This document shows, piece by piece, positions 18,218 through 26,845 of a stretch of DNA of 64,000 nt. A program made the position numbers and the translations under genes. Location of the stretch: assembly GCA_014879945.1 (NCBI GenBank), contig JACSRE010000172.1, positions 1,239 through 65,238 on the forward strand. The letters are read 5' to 3'. The notes beneath the pieces are model-generated. The model was not told where the DNA came from, did no database searches, and saw nothing but the letters and a program-made list of their open reading frames with translations. Origin of the DNA: Myxococcus sp. (lineage in GTDB: Bacteria; Myxococcota; Myxococcia; Myxococcales; Myxococcaceae). The number at the start of each line of letters is the position of its first letter. The stretch's first letter is position 1.

Positions 18218-21051
18218 ACCTGCACCTCGAGGCTGTAGGTCATCATGCCGGCCCGGTAGCTCGAGACGACGATGAACACCGTCTTCGCGCTCGTCGAGGT
18301 GTTCTGCCAGGTGGCGCGGTCCTCCTGGCCGTTGGCGCCGCGGTCGGCCGAGGCGAGGCAGGTGGCGCCGGGCGCGCTGCACGCGCTGGCGGGGCCGTCG
18401 ATCACGTTCAACACGATGTCCGACGTCATGTCGGGCACCCCGCGCACCGTGAGCGTCTGGTTGGCGCCGACCGAGACCGAATAGACGCGGTCTGCGCCGC
18501 TCGAGCGGCTGCAGGTCAGCCCCAGGGCGTAGTCGCGTGAGAAGGCCGTCAACGTCTCGTTCATCAGCGCCGCTCCCGAGGCGAGCGTCTGGGCGTTCTC
18601 GCAGACCTCTCCGGCGGCGATGGCCGCGGTGGTGCCCGAGAGCGAGAAGACGGTGTCGGTGTCGGCCTCGTTGTACGAGCCCACCACCACGAAGAGCGTC
18701 TGGGCGCTCGACGAGGCGTTGGTGAAGCTCGCGGTCTCGGGGGCGTTGCGCGCGCCGTCGTCGACGCCCGCGAGGCACCGGCGGGTCGCCGAGTCGCACG
18801 AGGTCGCCGGGCCCGCGATGAGCGAGAGCACCGGGTCGAACCCGCCGTCCATCACGGCGGCGGTGGGCGTCACGGTGACGGTGAGGCGCTGGTTGGCCGG
18901 CGCCTGCGCGACGTAGACGCGATCGGCCCCGCGGGCCGTCGACACGCACGAGTAGTCGCGCTCGAAGGTGACGTTCGCGGGCCTCAACGTCTGGTTGGTG
19001 AGCGCGGTCGCGCCGAGCGCCGTGGTCGCGGTGGTGCAGACGTCGTCGGGGGGGGGCGCCGCCGTCGCCAGGCCGATGGTGAAGTCACCGCCCGCCGCCT
19101 GGCCGTCGACGATGGCGAAGGCGCCCATCGCCATGCCGCTGCCGTTGAAGAAGGCGGCGGTGCGCGCCGCGCCGCTGCTGCCCGAGCTGGTGCCAGCGAC
19201 GCAGACCCGCGGCGTCGCTTCGCAGGCCGCGGCGGTGCCGGTCACCAGGCTCACCGAGGGCGTGAAGCCGGCGTCGGCGGGGGTGACGGTCACCCTGGCG
19301 CGCTGGCCGTTGAGCACCGAGAACCCATAGACGCGGTCGGCGCCGCTGGTGTCGAAGGTGGCGCAGCCCGTCGAGCCGGTGCCCGTGTAGTCGTTGAAGA
19401 AGCCCACCGTCGTGCCCGCCACCGGCGCGCCCGTGGACAGCGCGGTGGCGTTCCCGCACGAGTCGCCGGCGGGCGGGTCGCTCAGGGTGGCCAAGAGATC
19501 GAACGTGCCGTTGGCCGGAGCGGCGCTGTCTACCAGCACCAGCAGCGTCTTCATGGCGCCGCTGCGGTTGCTCCACCGCACGACGTCGGGGGCGCCCGCG
19601 GCGGCGCTGGGGCTGGTGGCAGCGCAGCGGAGCATGCCCTGGGCGCAGTTGGCGACGCCGTCGACCAGCGACACCGAGGTGTTGAGGCCCGCCGTGGGCG
19701 TCACCGTCACCGTGACGGCCTTGTTCGCGGGCACGTCGAGCGCGTACACGCGGTCGGCGCCGCTGGTGGTGAAGCTGCACCCGCTGCCTGAGCCGTAGTC
19801 GTTGCCGAAGTTCGCGAAGGGCTGCGCCGCCAGCGGCATGTCGGCGACGAGCGGCGTCGCGGTCGCGCACTCATCGCCTGCAGGCGGCGCCGCGACCGTG
19901 GTGGTGAGCGAGAAGTCGGTGTCGGGGTCGGCGGGATCGTACGAGCCCACCACCACGAAGACCTCCTGCGGGTTGGGCCCCCGGTTCAGGTAGTCCACGC
20001 GCTCGGGCTGGCCGCCGACCTGCGAGTCGGCGCCGGTGAGGCACACCAGGGGGCTGGCTTCGCACGCGGCCGCGGGGCCCGCGATCAGGTTCAGCGTCAG
20101 GTCGAAGCCCGCGTCGAGGGCCGGCGTGGCGATGGCGGTGAGGCGCTCTCCGACCGGCACCCGAATCGAGTAGGCGCGGTCAGGGCCGTCGGAGCGGCGG
20201 CAGTTGGTGCCAAAGCCGTAGTCGCCCGAGAAGTTCGTCAGCGCCTGGCCCGCCAGCGTTCCCGGGGTGATGGCGGTGGCGGTGTCGCAGCGGTCGCCCA
20301 TGGGCGGCGCGGCCAGCGTGAAGCGCAGCTCGTAGCGGCCCTCGTGAATGATGCCGTTCATCTCGTCGGGCGCGTTGAAGAACGAGTCGACGACGACGAA
20401 GACCTCACGCGGCGCGCCGGTGGTGTTGAAGTAGGTGACGCGCTCCGGGGAGCCGGGCGGCTGATCGATGTCTGAGCCGTCGAGGCAGGCGCTGCGGTCG
20501 CCCGCGTCGGCCGGCTGACAGCTCGCCGCAGGGCCGGCCACGAGGTACAGCGAGGGGTCGAACTGAAGCCCGCCGTCGGTGGTGTCGGTCACCTCGGGGG
20601 TGAGGGTGACGGTGAGGCGCTCCATGTTGGGCACGGTGACGGCGTAGACGCGGTCAGGGCCCTGGTTGCTCGCGCCGGTGCAGCCGAGGTTCACGTCGGC
20701 CGTCGCGCCGATGGTCGAGCCCGAGACGGTGGTGCTGCCGGGGACGCTCGAGGCCAGGTCGCACCGCTCGCCGCCGGTGATGACCGCGCCACCCGCCGCG
20801 CCGCCGCCGCCTGCGCCGCCGCCAGCGCTGCCGCCCGCTGCTGCGCCCCCGCCGGTGCTCGAGGAGCCACCGCCCACCGACGAGGTGCCGCCGCCGCTGG
20901 AGCCGCCGGCCGCGCCGCCCACGCACTTCGACTGAATGCACGACTGCCCGGCGCTGCAGTCACCGCTGCTCCGGCAGGCTCCCGGCTGGGGCGCGGGGCA
21001 CCCCAGGAGCAGCAACGCGACGGTGGAGGACAGCGCCAGGACTCGCTTCAC
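18211..21051 (-). CDS. Large secreted lipoprotein with Gly/Ser/Ala linker and six tandem Cys-containing beta-rich modules
   Basis: Lipobox LLLGC. The six modules share G(D/E)xC..A..L, DY, G(A/P)DR(V/A)Y, LTVTVTP, GPA..C...C(L/V)(A/T)G, PE, and FVVV(D/G)S. Confidence 0.85.
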   Translation of the reverse strand: MKRVLALSSTVALLLLGCPAPQPGACRSSGDCSAGQSCIQSKCVGGAAGGSSGGGTSSVGGGSSSTGGGAAAGGSAGGGAGGGGAAGGAVITGGERCDLASSVPGSTTVSGSTIGATADVNLGCTGASNQGPDRVYAVTVPNMERLTVTLTPEVTDTTDGGLQFDPSLYLVAGPAASCQPADAGDRSACLDGSDIDQPPGSPERVTYFNTTGAPREVFVVVDSFFNAPDEMNGIIHEGRYELRFTLAAPPMGDRCDTATAITPGTLAGQALTNFSGDYGFGTNCRRSDGPDRAYSIRVPVGERLTAIATPALDAGFDLTLNLIAGPAAACEASPLVCLTGADSQVGGQPERVDYLNRGPNPQEVFVVVGSYDPADPDTDFSLTTTVAAPPAGDECATATPLVADMPLAAQPFANFGNDYGSGSGCSFTTSGADRVYALDVPANKAVTVTVTPTAGLNTSVSLVDGVANCAQGMLRCAATSPSAAAGAPDVVRWSNRSGAMKTLLVLVDSAAPANGTFDLLATLSDPPAGDSCGNATALSTGAPVAGTTVGFFNDYTGTGSTGCATFDTSGADRVYGFSVLNGQRARVTVTPADAGFTPSVSLVTGTAAACEATPRVCVAGTSSGSSGAARTAAFFNGSGMAMGAFAIVDGQAAGGDFTIGLATAAPPPDDVCTTATTALGATALTNQTLRPANVTFERDYSCVSTARGADRVYVAQAPANQRLTVTVTPTAAVMDGGFDPVLSLIAGPATSCDSATRRCLAGVDDGARNAPETASFTNASSSAQTLFVVVGSYNEADTDTVFSLSGTTAAIAAGEVCENAQTLASGAALMNETLTAFSRDYALGLTCSRSSGADRVYSVSVGANQTLTVRGVPDMTSDIVLNVIDGPASACSAPGATCLASADRGANGQEDRATWQNTSTSAKTVFIVVSSYRAGMMTYSLEVQVQ
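18214..20775 (-). repeat. Six tandem ~135-150-aa protein-level repeats within the lipoprotein gene
   Basis: Repeat boundaries are marked by AAPP/DPP followed by (G/D)(D/E)xC. Read from the translation. The repeats are diverged at the DNA level. Confidence 0.7.
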
Positions 21052-21148
21052 GGTGCACCTCGGGGCATGGAACGGGGCGCTCCTAGCACGCCCGGGCGCC
21101 GCGCAAATGGTGACGCGGCGAGGTGTGCACGGCGGTGAACAGCTCAGC

Positions 21149-21850
21149 TCACGGCGGCTCGGCCCCTGGCCCGAGGAGGAAGGCGAGCCGCGCTTGCACG
21201 AGCACGCCGCCGGACAGCTGGCTGAAGGTGTCAGGGGTGGCCAGGAGCGGCTGCGGCGAGAGCGGCGCGAGCACCGCGAGCTCGGGCAACACGGTGACGG
21301 CGCGAGAGACGCGGAGCGCGACGCCGAGGCTGCCCCCGGCCGCGAAGCGTCGGGTCGCCGCCTCGTTGGGGTCGGCCGGCAGCGAGGCCAGCAGGTGCAG
21401 GCGCGGCCCGAGCACCAGCTGATGGGGGCCCAGGCGGAGCCCCAGGAGGAGCGGGAGCGCGAGGTTCAGGATCTGCCCGGTCACCTCGAGGGTCGACGAG
21501 ACGCGCAGCTGGCCCGAGGCGGAGGGCGCGAGCGAGACGATGAGCGGCCACGCGCGCGGCGTCAGCATCGCCTTGAGGGCCAGCTCGAGGCCCGACTGCC
21601 CGAAGCGGCCTCCGACGTCCACGCGGTCGGCCACGCCGTACCGGACCGCGACGTCGGCCACCGGCGCGGCGCTGAGCCCCGGCGGCGCGTGCACCACCCC
21701 GGCGACCCCCGGCTCCACGCCGACCTGAAGCCGTCCGCGCCCCAGCGTATCGGCGGTCTGCACGCTCGAGATCGCGACGCAGCCCTGGGTGAGGCACAGC
21801 ACGACCAGCAGCAGCAGTGGCGCAGAACGTCGCACACGAAGATTGTGCAC
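21149..21850 (-). CDS. Lipoprotein, beta-strand-rich (possible small OM barrel)
   Basis: Lipobox LTQGC after a hydrophobic leader. Alternating-pattern strands. Lies 97 nt upstream of, and co-directional with, the repeat lipoprotein gene. Confidence 0.7.
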   Translation of the reverse strand: MHNLRVRRSAPLLLLVVLCLTQGCVAISSVQTADTLGRGRLQVGVEPGVAGVVHAPPGLSAAPVADVAVRYGVADRVDVGGRFGQSGLELALKAMLTPRAWPLIVSLAPSASGQLRVSSTLEVTGQILNLALPLLLGLRLGPHQLVLGPRLHLLASLPADPNEAATRRFAAGGSLGVALRVSRAVTVLPELAVLAPLSPQPLLATPDTFSQLSGGVLVQARLAFLLGPGAEPP

Positions 21851-21907
21851 TGGATCTCCGCTTCAGTCGCCGCCGAGGCGCATTGCAGCTAGGTTCCGGG
21901 GCGCGCG

Positions 21908-24466
21908 ATGAGTGACGAAGTCGTCCACGTCTGGGTGAGGAACGAGAAGGGCCAGGTGTACGGGCCGCTGGTGCCCACCACCATCGAGCTGCTGCTCGAC
22001 AACGGGGTCATCGCGGGCCGGGTGCAGGTCTCGCTCGACGGCATCAACTACGTCTTCCCGGGCCGCATGCCGGGCATTCGCATGGTGATCCCCAGGCCGC
22101 TGTGGGGCGACCAGGTGCTGCCGCACACCGAGCTCGACGACGCGTGGGACAAGGTGGTGGCGCCGCCGCCGCTGCCGACGGCCGCCGCGGTGCCGATGTC
22201 GTCGCCCAGCGGCGCCATCCCCGGAGGGCCGGTTCCAGGCGGCCCGGTGCCTCGGCCCGGCGCGGGCGCGATGGCGGGCCCGGGCGCGCGCTCGCAGGCG
22301 TCCGCCCGCCCCATGAACCCGGCGCAGGCCTCGGCGCAGGGAAGACCGGCTGGGCCCCCGCAGGCCAGGTCGATGCAGCACCCCGCCGCGACACCGGGAA
22401 CGCTGGAGGACTCCCTCTTCGGCGACGCGCCCCGCTCGAGCCCGTCGATGATGGGCTCGACGCCTTCGGGGGTTCGCGCAGCCCCGGCCCGCCCCATGTC
22501 ATCGGCGTCGATCGCCGCGGCCATGGGCGCCGCGCCGACCTCGACGCCTTCGGCGGTCAACGCGTCTCCTGCCATGGCGAGCCGCCCCTCGGCGGTGAGC
22601 GCCTCACCCTCGATGGCGAGCCGGCCCTCGGCGGTGGCGCCCTTCGCTTCGACACCCACGCCCGCGCCCCTCTCGAGCTCACCGTCGGTCGCGGCGGTCG
22701 CGCCCATCGACGCGCTGCCGGCCTCGGGCTCGCTGCGCGAGATCAGCCCTCAGCGCCTCTACTTCCTGGCGGCCGCGCAAGACGTCAACGGGCTGCTGAC
22801 GCTCCAGCTCCCCGATCGCGCGCTGCTGCTGCACTTTCGCAAGGGCAGCCCCGAGCTGATCGACTCGACCCACCCGGAAGACGCGCTGGCGACGTTCCTG
22901 CTCAGGCAGCGCCTGGTGACGCCGGAGCAGCTCGGCCAGGCGCAAAAAGAGGGCGCGCGGTTTGGCGGAGAGCTGCTCCCGGCGCTGTTCGGCCTGGGGC
23001 TCGTCAACCCGAACGTCGCCATCGAAGCGCTGAGCAAGCGCGCAGGCGCCCTCGTCGGGCAGGCGCTGCTGGCCACCGAGGGGACGTTCACCTTCCAGCC
23101 CGTCGAGCTCCCGGCGCACAAGGCGATGCCGGTGGGCAACCGCTGGCAGCTGTACATCGAGCAGCTGCGCCAGGTGTCGACGGCCGAGCTGAAGGCGCGC
23201 ATGCACGAGGCCCTCGACTTCCCCGTGATGAAGGCGGCGGGCTCGGTGCCGGTGACGGAGCTGCGGCTGTCGGCGCAAGAGACCCGCGCCTACGCCGGCT
23301 TCGATGGCACGCGCACCTTGAACCAGCTCTTTCAGAGCCAGGCCTCCGAGGCCGACCAGGCCCTGCGGGTCGCGTTCATGCTCGAGCCGTGTGATCTGGT
23401 CTCGTTCGCGGGCACGGTGGTGAAGACGCGCGTGCCGGTTCAGCGGAGCGCGCCCGCGCCGGCGCCTCCGCTCCCGGTGGGGCCCGCCCCAGGTCCAGTC
23501 GCCGCGCCGGCCAGGCCCGTCATCACGCCGCAGGGGGGGGGGCCCGTGATGCCCGCGATGCCCGTCGCGCCGAGCGGGGTGCCGGCCCCTCCTGCGCGGC
23601 CCGTCATCACCCCGCAGGTCGCGCCGCCCCCGGCGCCGACCGTCGTGCCCGGGCCTCCGGTCGCGCCGCGCGCCCCCTCGTACCCCGCGCCGCCGTCGCA
23701 GCCGCTGCGCCCGGTCGGCACGGCAGCCCCGGGCCCCTCGAAGGGCGGAGCCCCGGTGGTGACGGCGCCCGCGCCGGTGGCGAACCAGAACCATGACGCC
23801 GAGGTGAAGCGCCTCTCCGAGGTGCTGGCGAAGATGAAGACGCAGAACCACTTCGAGGTGCTGGCGCTCACCAAAGACTCGCCGGCCAACGCGGTGAAGC
23901 TCGCCTACTTCAAGCTCGCCAAGGACTACCACCCCGACACGGTGCCGCCCGGCGCCCCCGAGGCGCTCGCCAGGGCCAAGGCCGACATCTTCGCGCGCGT
24001 CGGAGAGGCCCACCGCACCCTGTCAGACGACGCCCTCCGCAAGGAGTACGTCGCCGAGCTCGAGGCCGGCGGCGCCGGAGAGAAGATCGACGTCTCGAAG
24101 TTCCTCCAGGCCGACGAGTTCTTCCAGAAGGGGAAGATCCTCATGCAGGCCCGCAAGTACGCCGACGCCTTCAAGATGTTCGACGACTGCATCGCGATCA
24201 TGCCCGACGACGCCGAGGTCTACGCCTGGCGCGGCTACGCGAAGTTCTTCACCTTCCCTGACAAGAAGCTGGGCATCGTCGAGGCGATGAAGGACATCAA
24301 CAACTGCCTCAAGCGCAACGCCAACGTCGTCGCCGCGCACTTCCACCAGGGCATGATGCATCGGATTCTTGGTGACATGGCGGCCGCGAAGAAGCACTTC
24401 AGCGCGACGGTGAAGCTCGACCCCAAACACATCGACGCGCAGCGCGAGCTGCGAATGATGAAGTGA
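21908..24466 (+). CDS. Multidomain J-domain protein (GYF_2-like N-terminus, Pro/Ala/Ser-rich linkers, DUF4388-like region, DnaJ J-domain, TPR)
   Basis: N-terminus WVRNEKGQVYGPLVPTTIELL. J-domain NHFEVLALTKDSPANAVKLAYFKLAKDYHPD (HPD motif). C-terminal TPR-like helices. An ARPVITPQ duplicate in the linker. Confidence 0.85.
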   Translation: MSDEVVHVWVRNEKGQVYGPLVPTTIELLLDNGVIAGRVQVSLDGINYVFPGRMPGIRMVIPRPLWGDQVLPHTELDDAWDKVVAPPPLPTAAAVPMSSPSGAIPGGPVPGGPVPRPGAGAMAGPGARSQASARPMNPAQASAQGRPAGPPQARSMQHPAATPGTLEDSLFGDAPRSSPSMMGSTPSGVRAAPARPMSSASIAAAMGAAPTSTPSAVNASPAMASRPSAVSASPSMASRPSAVAPFASTPTPAPLSSSPSVAAVAPIDALPASGSLREISPQRLYFLAAAQDVNGLLTLQLPDRALLLHFRKGSPELIDSTHPEDALATFLLRQRLVTPEQLGQAQKEGARFGGELLPALFGLGLVNPNVAIEALSKRAGALVGQALLATEGTFTFQPVELPAHKAMPVGNRWQLYIEQLRQVSTAELKARMHEALDFPVMKAAGSVPVTELRLSAQETRAYAGFDGTRTLNQLFQSQASEADQALRVAFMLEPCDLVSFAGTVVKTRVPVQRSAPAPAPPLPVGPAPGPVAAPARPVITPQGGGPVMPAMPVAPSGVPAPPARPVITPQVAPPPAPTVVPGPPVAPRAPSYPAPPSQPLRPVGTAAPGPSKGGAPVVTAPAPVANQNHDAEVKRLSEVLAKMKTQNHFEVLALTKDSPANAVKLAYFKLAKDYHPDTVPPGAPEALARAKADIFARVGEAHRTLSDDALRKEYVAELEAGGAGEKIDVSKFLQADEFFQKGKILMQARKYADAFKMFDDCIAIMPDDAEVYAWRGYAKFFTFPDKKLGIVEAMKDINNCLKRNANVVAAHFHQGMMHRILGDMAAAKKHFSATVKLDPKHIDAQRELRMMK

Positions 24467-24478
24467 AAGAAAGCACTC

Positions 24479-24877
24479 GTGGCCCTCAACGGAAGACAAC
24501 GGCGGCACCTGCGATCGCTCGGCCATCACCTGCACGCGGTGGTGCAGGTCGGAGACGACGGCGTGACGGAGGGGGTGATCGGCGCGCTGGCGGCCGCCCT
24601 CGAGACGCACGAGCTGGTGAAGGTGCGCATCGCCGACGATCGTGAGGGGCGTGAGGCGGCCATCGATCAGCTCGCCGAAGGCACGGGCGCCGAGGTGGCG
24701 CAGGTGCTGGGGCGCACGGTGTTGTTCTTCAAGCGCCGCGCGACCAAGCCGGCGATCCGGTTCGACGGCGAGCTGCTGCCGAAGGAAGAGAAGCCGGTGA
24801 AGGTGGCGAAGAAGAAGAAGCCGAAGCCTGCGAACGTGAAGTCGGCCGCCCGCCGCACGCCGCGAAGCGGAGGCTGA
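24479..24877 (+). CDS. yhbY: CRM-domain RNA-binding protein YhbY with Lys-rich tail
   Basis: LNGRQRRHLRSLGHHLHAVVQVGDDGVTEGVIGALAAALETHELVKVRI matches the YhbY/CRS1 consensus. GTG start. Confidence 0.8.
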   Translation: MALNGRQRRHLRSLGHHLHAVVQVGDDGVTEGVIGALAAALETHELVKVRIADDREGREAAIDQLAEGTGAEVAQVLGRTVLFFKRRATKPAIRFDGELLPKEEKPVKVAKKKKPKPANVKSAARRTPRSGG

Positions 24878-24949
24878 GCGCCGCGGCCACCAGTCCCACC
24901 CTCCGCGCCACGCCCGAGGCGGTGGACGACGCGCCGCGGCTCCTGCACG

Positions 24950-25423
24950 TCATCGACGCGGCGGGCCGGGAGCGGCGCGGTACTCGTCGAGGGGCAGCGT
25001 CACGGCCCGCGCGAAGCCGCCGACGACGCGAACCGCCTCGACCTCGAGCCGCCCCGGGGTGAAGTCAGGCAGGCTCGCGTACTGCTGCGCGTCGGGGTGG
25101 TGCTCGACGAAGCGCGTCTTCGCCAGCGCCGCGTCAGCCCCGTCGAGCCACGAGAGCGAGCCCGTCAGCGTCACGCGGAGCCGATCCATCTGGCCGCCCG
25201 GGCCGTGCGCCGCATCGACGAGCAGCACCGAGGCGCGGGGGCGCTGACGCAGGTTGCGGGTGTGCTCGGCCAGCCCCGAGAGGAGGAACAGCGGCCGGCC
25301 CTCACCGTCGTCGGCCACCGCCACCAGGGTTGCCAGGGGCCCGCCGTCGTCTGAGAGGGTGGCGAGCGTCGCCAGCCTGGTGCGCGCGATCAGGGCCCGC
25401 GCGGCGTCACTGGCCTTCGACAC
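24950..25423 (-). CDS. Pyridoxamine 5'-phosphate oxidase-family (HugZ/FMN-binding split-barrel) protein
   Basis: LIARTRLATLATLSDDGGPLATLVAVADDGEGRPLFLLSGLAEHTRNL is typical of the family. Start set at the GTG at 25423, which gives a 17-nt overlap with the upstream gene. The longer listed ORF would overlap the upstream gene by 160 nt. Confidence 0.6.
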   Translation of the reverse strand: MSKASDAARALIARTRLATLATLSDDGGPLATLVAVADDGEGRPLFLLSGLAEHTRNLRQRPRASVLLVDAAHGPGGQMDRLRVTLTGSLSWLDGADAALAKTRFVEHHPDAQQYASLPDFTPGRLEVEAVRVVGGFARAVTLPLDEYRAAPGPPRR

Positions 25424-26678
25424 GCGCGCCTCGCGAGTCTGACGAGGCCGCGACGAAGAGGCTCGCGCTCGCCAGGGTGTCGAACAGCTCGGGGCCGAAC
25501 CACTGGCGCCTGGCTTCTCCGAGGCCATCGCGCACCACCTCGGCCGGCTCGAGGTAGCCGACGTACCCATTCGAGAGCGCCAGCACGCGCGTGGCGCCGG
25601 TGCGCTGCTCGAGCTGCTTCGCCGTCGCGAACGAGGGCTCTACCGGCAACGCCAGCAGCGACACGCACCCCAGCCTCACCATCGACACCTCGACGTCCAT
25701 CTCGGCGGCCGCGCACAGGGCGTTCTCGGCGATGGCGCGGAACGGCCAGGGGGCCAGCCGGGCGCCGTCGGGGTGGGGGAGCGGGACCCGTGCCCCCGCG
25801 ACGCTCAAGGCCGGCCCCGCGCACCCCTCGACGGGGACCCGCAGCGCCTGCTCGATGGCGGTCACGACGGCCCGCTCGTCTTTCGCGACCTCGCGGTTCA
25901 CCGACGCGTTGCCCACCGAGGTCTGCAGCACCAGCGTCACGCCCTCGCCCGACTCCGCGAGGGCGCCCGGCCAGTCGGTGTCGAGGGTCGGCGTGCGGCG
26001 GGGCGTCAGCGTCGGGTGCGCGGCGAGCAACACCCAGCGGGCCACGCGGCTCCCGTCTGCCCTCACGAAGGCCACCTCGAGGCCCCGCGGGTCAACCTCG
26101 TCGCCGCTGCGCGCCCGCACGAAGGGCGAAGTGTCGAAGGTGGCCGCCTGCATCGTCACCGACTCCCGCCCGGCCTGGGCGCGGGTGAGGGCGTCGCGCG
26201 CGGCGGTCACCAGCGCCGCCTCGACCTGCGCGTCGAAGGTGCCCAGGGCGGCCACCTGGCTGGCGAGCCGGCGATCGAACTGCCCCACCGACGAGTGGGT
26301 GTGGGTGGCGGTCACCACGATGGGGAAGTCGAAGCCCTCACGAACGGCGGCCACCAGCGGCTGGGTGAGGAGCAGCACCTCGAGCGAGACGAGGCCGAGG
26401 CGCTGGCCGCCGACGTCGACGAGGGTCGCCCGGGCGAACACGGGGTCGCCCTCGGTCGCGGTGGAGCGCAGCGGGCCGTAGCCGCCCACCGTCACCGCGC
26501 CAGGCAGCGCCACGGCGGTCTTCGCGGCGCCCACCAGGAGCGCGCCGCCGCCGCCCCGCGCCAGCTGGTTCAGCGTCGCCGGCGTCACCGGCCAGGGCCC
26601 GCAGCGATCGCTCGACGCGAAGGCGAACGCCCCCAGGAGCACCAACACCACCACGCCGAGCACGCGCCGCTTCGTCAC
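25407..26678 (-). CDS. Secreted/membrane-anchored neutral-ceramidase-like hydrolase (N-terminal catalytic domain only)
   Basis: N-terminal TM/signal segment VLGVVVLVLLGAFAFA. Motif VVTATHTHSS resembles the conserved HTHS zinc-site motif of neutral/alkaline ceramidases. Start uncertain (GTG 26678 or ATG 26753). Confidence 0.55.
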   Translation of the reverse strand: MTKRRVLGVVVLVLLGAFAFASSDRCGPWPVTPATLNQLARGGGGALLVGAAKTAVALPGAVTVGGYGPLRSTATEGDPVFARATLVDVGGQRLGLVSLEVLLLTQPLVAAVREGFDFPIVVTATHTHSSVGQFDRRLASQVAALGTFDAQVEAALVTAARDALTRAQAGRESVTMQAATFDTSPFVRARSGDEVDPRGLEVAFVRADGSRVARWVLLAAHPTLTPRRTPTLDTDWPGALAESGEGVTLVLQTSVGNASVNREVAKDERAVVTAIEQALRVPVEGCAGPALSVAGARVPLPHPDGARLAPWPFRAIAENALCAAAEMDVEVSMVRLGCVSLLALPVEPSFATAKQLEQRTGATRVLALSNGYVGYLEPAEVVRDGLGEARRQWFGPELFDTLASASLFVAASSDSRGARVEGQ

Positions 26679-26845
26679 CGGCGGTACCTTTTCACGCCAG
26701 CGCAGGTGCCGAGAACAGCAAAGCCCACCGGAGCAGACCGCGCCTGAAAACACGAAGGGCCCGACTCCGTGTGGAGCCAGGCCCGTCGTCCGCGCTGCAT
26801 CGCCGGCCCGGTTCGATCGGCGCGAGCGCGGTCAGGAGAGGCGCG

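Noticed and set aside
22044-23394. Several 150-430-aa ORFs in alternative frames within the J-domain protein gene
   Set aside because: They overlap the Pro/Ala/Ser-rich linker of the 852-aa protein. They are Arg/Gly/Ala-rich, without motifs, and nested inside a gene with clear N- and C-terminal domains in one continuous frame.
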